From the NCBI GenBank assembly GCA_039586795.1, contig JBDHJS010000011.1, positions 70,793 to 134,792 of the forward strand: a stretch of 64,000 bases of DNA, given 5' to 3'. Below the pieces are notes generated by a model that ran no database searches, was not told where the DNA came from, and saw nothing but the letters and a program-made list of their open reading frames with translations. A program made the position numbers and the translations under genes. The stretch is from Gemmatimonadota bacterium. Its GTDB lineage: Bacteria; Gemmatimonadota; Gemmatimonadetes; Palauibacterales; KS3-K002. How positions within the stretch are numbered: position 1 is the stretch's first letter; the number at the start of each line of letters is the position of its first letter. This document shows, piece by piece, positions 20,328 to 30,200 of this stretch.

Positions 20328-20796
20328 CTCTCACCCCATCGTGTGAGTTGCTCTGGCGATCCCCTTCGGGGACCGAACGGCATCCGTAACCTGCGATACC
20401 TCTGCTCAACTTCAGCGGCGGGTAAGAACCTACGGGCGGGTGCTTCGGCTAAGGATCGAGTGCTGCTGACGGGGAAAAGGCGGCTCCACGAACTGTGGCG
20501 TACGGTCCACACTCACTCCGGGATGAATCCCGCGAAATCCGTCATTTCCGTAGCATCGATGCCACAGTCATTCCGGGACGGTCCGCAGTAGCCTTTATAG
20601 TACTTGCCTTTCTGGCAACCCAGGGGGGCCGGGTCTGATGGGTTAAAAAGCAACCTGCGTACCAAGGCCTACAGAATTGCCGATCGGGCTGAGCCCGGTT
20701 CAGGGCGGCCTGGGAACCCGTTCGGAGCCATCCGGGTAACAGAATGCCCAGCGTCGCTCTCCCGGACGGCCCGTTTTCTCACAGCCTCAAGCTCTT

Positions 20797-23700
20797 TTGA
20801 CCGAGATCGTCTCCTTTCTGCTGGCGCTGATCCCCGCCTTCTACATCGGCTGGCTGGGCCGCGGATTGGTGCGTCGGATTGATGACCCGGCCTTCCCCGA
20901 GTTCCGCCTCGCCGCCGGCCGGCGCCTGGTCTTCGTCTTCATCATCTGTATCGCCGCCAGCGTCGCGGCGAACGTCAGCTACATCGCGGCGAAGGTGGGG
21001 CTCGCTGTGCTCACGTCGCTCGCCGCCGACTTCCCCGCGCGGCGCCGAATTTTCGGCGAAACGCGCGGGTTGTTTGCCTATCTCTCTCAAACGCTGCGCT
21101 TTTGGATCGCTATGCTAGGCGCGCTGCTCCTCCTGGCAGCCACGCCGCTCTTCGTCGGACCGATCCAAGGTGCCGCGATGCCGGTGGCCACCCTCGTGCT
21201 GACGATCTCTTTGCTCTGGACCCATTTCAACGCCCTACTCTTCCCTAAGATCATCGGGGCGAGTCCTCTGCGGGATCGTGCTCTGGAAAGCGGTTTCGAC
21301 TCGGTCATCGCCCGGGCACACTGTCCATCGCCTGCGCTTCATGTCGCCGATGCGCCGGGTGGCCACTGGGTAAACGCCTTCGCTCTGCCATCGCTCCATA
21401 GACCGGGTGTGCTGTTCACCGCGGGGCTGCTGGAATCGCTCACAGCGGACGAGACGCGGGCCATCTTCGCGCATGAGGTCGCCCATCTGGAGCAATTCAA
21501 CCGGCGTCGGCTGCTGCTGCGCGAGTTGGGTCTGGTGGTCCTGTCCCTCAGCCTATTGGGTGCGCTTGTCGCCTTCGGCGCCGATTCGGCGGTGTTCGGA
21601 ACGCTGGTCTGGGTTTGGCCACTGGTTGTCCTGGCCTTCGTAGCCGCGATGATGTCGAGCAGCCAGTCCCGGGAGCACGAGAGCGATCTGCGGGCACTAG
21701 AGCTGACGGACACACCGGAGCCGCTGATCGCAGCGCTCACAAAGCTACACGATCTCCTACGGCTGCCACGCCGTTGGCGCGAGGAGAGCGAAGGTCGCAT
21801 GTCACACCCGAGCCTTGCCAGGCGGCTGCGGGCGATTCGCGACGCGGCTGCGGAGCGAGGGCTGGACGTCGAGCGGGTCGACGACGTTTCGGACTTGGTG
21901 GTGCGGGATACCAAAGACCCCGGTCAGGTGGCGCTGCTGGCAGCGGATCGACTCTACTGGTTCCACGGTGTAGATGCTGAAGCGGGTCTCGACGCCGCTG
22001 CCGTCCTCGCCGCGGCGCAGGAATACCGATCGATACGCTACGCCGATCTAACAGATCTTCGATTGGTCGTCGCTGCTCCCGACAGTTATCGCTTGTTGGC
22101 CGTCGACAGCCGTGGCGCTAAGCTCGAGCTCGCCCTCGGGGTAGAAGACGTCCCCCGGGTCAAGGCCATGCTGGAGACGGTCGATCTACAAGTCCGCAGC
22201 ACATCGCTGGCGGAATCCAAGAAGATGGTTCAGCTGTCGGCCGGACAGATCAAAGACCGGCTCCTCGGGGCGTTGATCTCCCTGCTCGCGCTGCTTCCTC
22301 CCATCTCATTGCCGCTAACCCTCACGGGCCTTCTCGTTCTCGCCAAGCCTTCACGAGTCGCCTTGCTGGCGGCAGGGGCCATCGGCTTTGCAGCCGGCCT
22401 TCTGGGATTGAGAGCCTTTCCTGGAATGACCCTCGGCGGAGACGCCGCGCTGATCGTTCTGGTGCTCGAGGCTCTGCTGGGAATGCTGGCGATCATTCGT
22501 TCGACAGCGCGGCACCGAGCGCAACTGCCGGAACCGGGCAAGGCCTGGCGCTGGACGCTGGGTCTGCTGGGAGGCTTGGGAGCGCTGTACGTGGTGGGGT
22601 TCGCCGGACGGCTCGACTCTCCGTTGCCCATCATGCAGACCCACCTCTGGGCACGTCATGAGTTCGGGTTCATTCTTGTCCTGTTCGGTCTGGCGGCTCT
22701 TCTATTCACCGCGAGAGACCGCAGGTTGCGGATACCGGCTGCCATGGCGGTAGTGATGGCCGCCGTGCTCGTCACGCTCGGATCGACCTGGTTCGCGAGT
22801 CAATTCAGCGACGACCCGCTGGCCAGTCGGCCGGTGGTATTGACGACGGAGTGGATCGGTACAGAGCGAGTCCGCGAGGTCGCGCTCGATGGATACGCTG
22901 TGGAACTGAAACTGTCGCCCTCTGGGTCTAGGTTTGCCGTACGCCTCGCAGACTGGGGCGATGAGGATTATTGGTCGAGCGATCTCGGCTATCGCGTAGA
23001 GCTGGAGGATGGCGGTTTCGCGATTGTTAACGCGGACGATCTGGAATTCCTGGCGGACGATCGTGTCGCTACTCTGAGCTACTCTGAGACCGGCGAGCTG
23101 TTGCTGGAGACGCTACACCTGGATGGATCTGGCGCGGCGAAGTATAAGGTCACGCTACCTCCCATCGAACACCCCACCTTGCGGGTCGACCCTGAAGCCA
23201 GCGCCTGGGAAGTAATCGGCACCGACATATATGAGGGTCGCGCCACCCGAGTCTCCGGCAAGTTCGAGAGCGTCGACTACGTGAGAAGTGACTGGAATCT
23301 CGATGCGTCGGAGGACGCCTACACCTCGGACTTCGTGGTGAACGGCGGCCGGCAAGCGCTGGCCGTGCGCAGCCACTTCGCGATCGGCGGCCTCGGAAGT
23401 CTGGCGTTGGCCCTGGGCCCGATCTCCGGCTACGCCTCGACGTCTGAGCTCCTCACCGTCTATCAGGAAGAACACGAATCCCTAGCGCTCACATCCCTCA
23501 TGGTCTGGTGCGCCGAGCCGGCGGCGCTCCAAGATGATTTCGTTTGCGCCGCCAACGACCGAGAGTCGCGCACCGTCATCTGGTCGATCGATCCGAACGA
23601 GAAGCGGATAACGCCAATCGGCTCCGTGTTCGGTCATTACTATCAGTTGACCTCGATATCCGGCGACCGTCTGCTGTTGGGTGGCTATGGAAGCCAGCCG

Positions 23701-23958
23701 ATGATGCTGGATGTCACCGCTGAACGCGCGTGGGCGCTCGAGCTCGACAGTGAAGCACCAGCCGAGACTGCCACCGACACGCTATCTGGAGACCTCGGCG
23801 ATCTGTTCTGGGATGCGCTATTTGGTGCATCCTTCTCAGGACCCTCCTACGAAGTGCTGGCCATGCAAGGAAACGCTCTTGCGGTCGCGCTCCCGGCGGG
23901 GGATTCCACCCGCGTCACGGTATACCGGTTCCCAGACGACCGGTTCTCCTCCCGCTAG
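20797..23958 (+). CDS. M48 (HtpX/Ste24-like) membrane zinc protease with a very long C-terminal extension
   Basis: NAFA, AHEVAH (HExxH), SREHESD, SHPSL..RL; then further TM helices and a beta-rich acidic domain; start codon uncertain (TTG). Confidence 0.75.
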   Translation: MTEIVSFLLALIPAFYIGWLGRGLVRRIDDPAFPEFRLAAGRRLVFVFIICIAASVAANVSYIAAKVGLAVLTSLAADFPARRRIFGETRGLFAYLSQTLRFWIAMLGALLLLAATPLFVGPIQGAAMPVATLVLTISLLWTHFNALLFPKIIGASPLRDRALESGFDSVIARAHCPSPALHVADAPGGHWVNAFALPSLHRPGVLFTAGLLESLTADETRAIFAHEVAHLEQFNRRRLLLRELGLVVLSLSLLGALVAFGADSAVFGTLVWVWPLVVLAFVAAMMSSSQSREHESDLRALELTDTPEPLIAALTKLHDLLRLPRRWREESEGRMSHPSLARRLRAIRDAAAERGLDVERVDDVSDLVVRDTKDPGQVALLAADRLYWFHGVDAEAGLDAAAVLAAAQEYRSIRYADLTDLRLVVAAPDSYRLLAVDSRGAKLELALGVEDVPRVKAMLETVDLQVRSTSLAESKKMVQLSAGQIKDRLLGALISLLALLPPISLPLTLTGLLVLAKPSRVALLAAGAIGFAAGLLGLRAFPGMTLGGDAALIVLVLEALLGMLAIIRSTARHRAQLPEPGKAWRWTLGLLGGLGALYVVGFAGRLDSPLPIMQTHLWARHEFGFILVLFGLAALLFTARDRRLRIPAAMAVVMAAVLVTLGSTWFASQFSDDPLASRPVVLTTEWIGTERVREVALDGYAVELKLSPSGSRFAVRLADWGDEDYWSSDLGYRVELEDGGFAIVNADDLEFLADDRVATLSYSETGELLLETLHLDGSGAAKYKVTLPPIEHPTLRVDPEASAWEVIGTDIYEGRATRVSGKFESVDYVRSDWNLDASEDAYTSDFVVNGGRQALAVRSHFAIGGLGSLALALGPISGYASTSELLTVYQEEHESLALTSLMVWCAEPAALQDDFVCAANDRESRTVIWSIDPNEKRITPIGSVFGHYYQLTSISGDRLLLGGYGSQPMMLDVTAERAWALELDSEAPAETATDTLSGDLGDLFWDALFGASFSGPSYEVLAMQGNALAVALPAGDSTRVTVYRFPDDRFSSR

Positions 23959-23985
23959 GAGACAGCGAGCCCACCCCTCTCTCCG

Positions 23986-24114
23986 CTTGCCCTCCGCTCT
24001 TCGGCCGGGTAAGATGCCCCGCTGACGAACGACACTCCTTCTCAACTCGCGATCACCTTGGTCAACTTCACGGCATTGGACTGGTTCTGGGCCTGCACCT
24101 TCCTGCTGCCGATG
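23986..24114 (+). repeat. Diverged duplicate of the SSS gene promoter and first 19 codons (other copy 33076-33204)
   Basis: Both copies read TTGCCC-N17-TAAGAT...TTG; MVNFTALDWFWACTFLLPM versus MVTFTGLDWFWASTFLLLM. Confidence 0.9.
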
Positions 24115-24236
24115 AACACTGGCTTACTTGCCCGCCATCTTGCCCTCTCGCGGCCGGGCAGGATAACATGCCTCGCTGACAGCCTTTTCCAGCCATTAAC
24201 TCGAAACATGGGACTCCGCGGTTTGGGCGGGGTGCG

Positions 24237-27200
24237 ATGAGCGGACAGCCAAGAGTGAGCTCCCGAGAAGCAGCCACATTCTTTCGGGCGTCGGACGAAC
24301 AGCCGATTCGTGCCGAGATCTTCGGCATCGAGCGGCTGGAGCAACACGCCGAGAGCCTCGCACGGGCACAGGTAACGACCGGGAAACCAAGCCGCGGAAG
24401 GAACTTGCTCCCCAGGGTCCACGAGAACGGCCGCACGTTGCTGGCTGCGTATCGCAACATCGTCGATGCGGTCCGTGAAAAGAGCGAGATCACCCCGGCC
24501 GAGGAGTGGTTTCTTGACAACTTCCATATCGTCGAAGAGCAGCTGAGGGAGATTCGCGACCATCTTCCGCGCCGCTACTACCGCTTGTTGCCCAAGATCG
24601 CCGAGGGTCATCTCGCGCTCTATCCACGCGTCTACGGCCTGGCCTGGGCCTATGTCGCCCACACCGACAGTCGCTTCGAGTTGGAGACGCTGGAGCACTT
24701 CGTGGACGCCTATCAACGAGTTCAGCCACTCACGATCGGCGAAGTCTGGGCAGTTGCCATCCTGCTTCGCGTCGCACTGGTCGAGAATCTGCGACGCTTA
24801 GCACAGCAGATCATCAGCTCCCGGCAGGCGCGCGCCGCAGCCGACGATCTGGCGGATCGATTCCTCGGACTCGGCGGTCGACCGGTCGAGCAGGCGCATG
24901 ACATTCTGGACGGTCTCAGCGACGCTCCTTTGACGGATGCCTTTGCCGTCGAGCTCGTTCAGCGTCTGCGTGACCAGGACCCTTCGGTGATGCCAGCCCT
25001 TGACTGGCTGAACAGGAAGCTGAGTGCGCAGGGAACCTCCGCCGCCGAAATGGTCGCGCGCGAACACCAGGCTCAAGCCGCCGCCAACGCCACCGTTCGA
25101 AACATCATCGGCAGCATGCGATGGATGTCATCCATCGACTGGCTGGACTTCTTCGAGGACGTCAGCCTGACAGACCGCATCCTGCGCACGGCCCCTGGCT
25201 TCGCGGGGATGGACTTCGCGACCCGGAATGAATACCGGACGCAGATCGAGTTGCTGTCGCGAGGCTCGGATCGACCGGAGACCGAAATCGCGAGGGAGGC
25301 GGTGCGTCTTGCCGCCGCGGCGTCCGACACGGCGGCCGTCGAACGCGCCAACGCGGAGATCGGCTCACTCGAAGCCGCACCGCGACTACGGGACGTGCCG
25401 AAACACCCCGAGGAGGACCCCGGCTGCTACCTCATCTCGTATCGCCGGAGAGAATTCGAGCAGCACCTGGGTTTTCACGTCCCCCTGCAGCTCCGCGTCC
25501 GCCGCGCGGTACGGGCGCTGGCAACCGGCGGGTATCTGGGCGCAATCGCACTGCTCACAGCCGCCCTCGTTGCCGCACCGCTCTACTTCACGTGGAGCGC
25601 CGGCGCGAGGCCCTGGATACTGACGCTGTTGGGAATACTCGGCCTGGTACCCGCCTCTGACGTGGCCGTAGCGGTGGTCAACCGCCTGGTTCCAATCCTC
25701 GTTCCGCCGAAGCTTCTCCCAAAGCTCGAACTAGCCGACGGCGTACCTCGCGAACTCAGGAGCCTCGTTGTCGTTCCCACGCTGCTCAGTAGCCGTGCCG
25801 ACATCGAGGAGCAACTGGAGCGCCTTGAGGTGCACTACCTGGCGAATCCGGAAGGCCACCTTCACTTCGCATTGCTCAGCGACTGGAAGGATGCGCCCGA
25901 GGAGACGATGCCGGACGATGACGAGTTGCTGGCCGCTCTCGCCGAGGGTGTCCAACGCCTAAACGAACGACACGGTGGGCCATCTGGAGGCGGTGACCGC
26001 TTCCTGCTTTTGCACCGACGCCGAGCGTGGAACGAGAAGGAAGGCAAGCGAGGCAAGTGGATGGGTTGGGAGCGCAAGAGGGGCAAGCTTCATGAGTTGA
26101 ACCTGCTGCTGCGCGGGAACGTGGACACCAGCTATATGCCGGTCGGCGGAAAGCCGCCGACCGTGCCTGCCGATGTCCGGTTCGTCATCACCCTCGATGC
26201 CGATACGCGACTTCCGAAGGGAACCGCCTACCGTCTGGTCGGGACGATGGCGCACCCCTTGAACCGGCCGCGCTACGACTTCGGCAAGGGTCGTGTGGTC
26301 TCCGGGTACGGTATCCTTCAACCGCGAATCACGCCCTCCCTACCGACGGGGCCGCAAAGCACACCGTACCAGCGGATCATCTCGGGGCCGGGCGGCGTCG
26401 ACCCCTACGCGGCTGCAGTCTCCGACGTCTATCAAGACCTGTTCGACGAGGGATCCTTCACGGGAAAGGGCATCTATGATATTGACGCTTACGAGACCGC
26501 GCTGGCAGGCAAAGTCCCGGAGAATGCTTTGCTCAGCCACGACCTGTTCGAGAGCATATTCGCTCGCGCAGGATTAGTGACCGACGTCGACCTGTTCGAG
26601 GAATTTCCGTCCAACTACGAAGTCGCCGCTCGACGCATCCACCGCTGGGTGCGCGGTGACTGGCAGCTGCTACCCTGGATTCTGGGATACGCGAGGGACG
26701 GGCACGGATCCAAGGTCCGTATCCCCACAATCGGTCGCTGGAAGATGGTGGACAACCTCCGCCGCAGTCTCTCGCCGCCCACAGCCTACCTGCTTGCCGT
26801 TGCCGCTTGGGTTCTTCCCGCCGTCGATCCGTTCCTTTGGACCGGACTATTTGTTGGATCGATCCTGGTACCGCAGCTGATCCCGCTCATTGATGGCCTG
26901 ATCCCACAGCGCTGGGGGATCTCGAAGCGCAATCACCTTCGCGCCGTGCGCAACGACTTGATCGTGGCGTCGACGCAGTCGCTGCTGTCCCTGACCGTAC
27001 TGGCCCACCAGACCCGTCTGATGACGCATGCCATCACGCGCACGCTCTGGCGTCTCTACATCAGCAAGCGGAACCTCCTCGAGTGGGTTACGGCGGCGCA
27101 AGCGGGCTTCGGTATCGACCTGCGCCTCCGTTCCTTCTTTCAGCACCTTCGCTGGGGAGTGTTTCTCGGGGCACTCGCGGGGATCGCCTTCCTGGTGTTC

Positions 27201-30200
27201 AAGCCGAGCGCCTGGCCGGTGGCAGGGCCGCTGGCCCTGCTCTGGTTGCTGTCTCCCGTCACCGCGTGGCGCGTGAGCCGGCCACCGCGAGTACCGAGAG
27301 AGATGATCCTGACGGATGATGAAGTGCGCGCGCTGCGGCTCACAGCACGACGCACCTGGGCTTTCTTCGAGCGGTTTGTGACCGCGGAAGACAACTTCTT
27401 GCCGCCGGACAACTTTCAGGAAGACCCCGAGCCGGTCGTCGCGCATCGCACATCGCCAACGAACCTTGGTCTCTATCTCCTGAGCACCATGGTGGCCCGC
27501 GATTTCGGCTGGATCGGGATGGTGGAGATGATCGAGCGGCTCGAGGCCACGTTGAAGACGATGAACGACATGCAGCGCGTGCGCGGGCATTTCTTCAACT
27601 GGTACGGCACGCGGGACCTGCGACCGCTGGACCCCAGGTACGTCTCGACGGTGGACAGCGGCAATCTGGCCGGCCACCTGATCGGTCTGGCCCAGGGCTG
27701 CCGTGGCCTCCTGAATCGTCCGCTTATCGATTCGGAGATGACGGACGGGATCAGAGATGCGGTCTTGCTGCTCCTGGAAGCGGTGGAGCGGACCGCACAC
27801 CCTCAGCGCACGCAGACCGTGACGGCGGAGCAGCTTCGTGACGCCGCGTCAGAGATGTTTGCCCTGCTCGAGGATGCCCCGACTTCCCTCTCCGGCAGGC
27901 TTGCCCTGCTCGAGGAGATGGAGGCCCAGGCAGATACCACTCTCGACATCGCCCGCACCTTGTCCAGCGATGCGGAGGAAAGAGCCAAACCGGAGATCGT
28001 GGTTTGGGCGACGGCAATTCGGAACTCGATCCGAAGTCACGCCCGCGACCTCGAAACCACGATGCCGTGGCTCGGCCGGTTCGCTCACGAGTCGATCACG
28101 CGCGACGCGGTTCCGACGGCGGCCCAGATCCCCGCTCTCGCACACGCGGTGAAACGCGAGTTCGAGAGCCCCGTCCAAGATGGGAACGCGGGGGCGGAAT
28201 CGCTGTCGCCAGAGGAGCTCGAGGGACTGGAGTTGGCCGCGGGTGGATTGGTGCACCGCCTTTCCGGCCTCGCGCTGCTCGCCGAGCGAATGGTCCGCAC
28301 CATGGACTTTCGTTTCCTTTTCGACCGCTCGCGCAAGCTCTTCTCCATTGGCTACCGCGTTGCCGACGGCGCGCCCGACCCTAGCTACTACGACCTGCTG
28401 GCCTCCGAGGCGCGGCTCGCCAGCTTCGTGGCTATCGCCAAAGGCGACATCTCGCCCCGACACTGGTTCCTGCTTGGCCGCTCGCTCACACCGGTTGGCG
28501 GCGGCGCGGCCCTGCTCTCCTGGTCGGGTTCGATGTTCGAGTACTTGATGCCGTCGCTCGTGATGCGACAGCCGGCGCATAGCCTCCTCGACCTGACCAG
28601 CCGTCTGGTGGTCGGTCGCCAGATCCGCTACGGCGCCGAGCGCCGTGTCCCCTGGGGCGTCTCCGAGTCAGCCTACAACGTTCGCGACGTGGAACTGACG
28701 TATCAGTATTCCGATTTTGGCGTTCCAGGTCTCGGACTGAAGCGCGGACTGTTCGAGGACGTCGTCGTCGCGCCCTACGCCACCGCGCTCGCCGCCATGG
28801 TCGACCCGCAGGCCGCCGTGCTCAACTTCTCAGCCCTCGAAGCGGCCGAGGCGCTTGGATCCTTCGGGTTCTACGAGTCGCTCGACTACACGCCGTCTCG
28901 ACTCCCGGAGAACGAGCTGCTCGCAGTGGTCCGCGCCTACATGGCTCATCACCAGGGAATGACCATCGTCGCGCTCGGGAACGTACTGCACAACGGGCTT
29001 ATGCCGAGCCGCTTCCACGCGCACCCGATGGTGCAGGCGGCCGAGCTGCTGCTGCAAGAACGGACGCCGCGCTCCGTCGCCGTGGCACGGCCTCGCGGCG
29101 AGGAGGTGCAGGTCGCCGCGCACGTACGTGATGTCGTACCCCCTACACTGCGGCGCTTCGAGTCACCGCACGACATCACGCCGCGCACGCATATACTGTC
29201 CAACGGTCGCTTCACGACGATGGTCACGGCGGCGGGCTCCGGATTCACACGCCAGGGCGATCTCGCGATTACCCGCTGGCGGGAGGACACGACCCGCGAT
29301 TGCATGGGGCTCTTCGTCTTCCTTCGCGATGCGGAGTCAGGCGAAGTATGGTCGGCCGGTTTCCAGCCGAGCGGCACCGAAGCAGAGAACTACGAAGTGA
29401 TCTATTCCGAGGACCGGGCCAAGATCATCCAGAGTCACCGCTCGCTTACCATCACGCTCGAGGTCGTCGTCTCGCCGGAGGACGACGCCGATCTACGACG
29501 GTTGACGGTCAGCAATCTCGCGGATAGTGATCGCGAGATCGACTTCACCTCGTATGCCGAAGTGGCGCTCGCGCCCCAGGGCGCCGACGTAGCTCACCCA
29601 TCCTTCTCGAATCTGTTCGTCCACACCGAGTTCGTACCGGAACTCGGCGCGCTGCTGGCCACTCGACGCCCACGCTCGGCCGACGAGCCACGGGTGTGGC
29701 TGGCGCACGTCGCCGCGGTCGAAGGCGAGACGGTGGGCGAGTTGCAGTACGAGACGGACCGCGCGCGCTTTCTCGGTCGCGGACGCGGCATCAGGACTCC
29801 GATGTCCGTCGTCGACGGCGGCCCGCTCTCCGACACGGTGGGGCCCGTGCTCGACCCGATCGTCAGCCTCCGACACCGCGTGGTCGTACCGGCGGGCGGA
29901 ACGGCTCACGTCCTCTTCTCCACGCTCGTCGCGGCCACGCGCGAACAGGCGCTGGACGTGGCGGAGAAGTACCGCCAGCCCGCTACCTTCGAGCGCGAGA
30001 GCTCCCTCGCCTGGACGCAGGCCCAGGTCCAGCTGCACCACCTCCGCATCACGCAGGATGAGGCGCATCTCTTCCAGCGACTGGCTAACCGCCTGCTCTA
30101 CGCCGATCCCACACTGCGCGCGGCGCCGCAAGAACTGGCGAGAAACGAATTGGGGCGATTCGAGCTCTGGGGCTACGGTATCTCCGGCGACCTGCCCATC

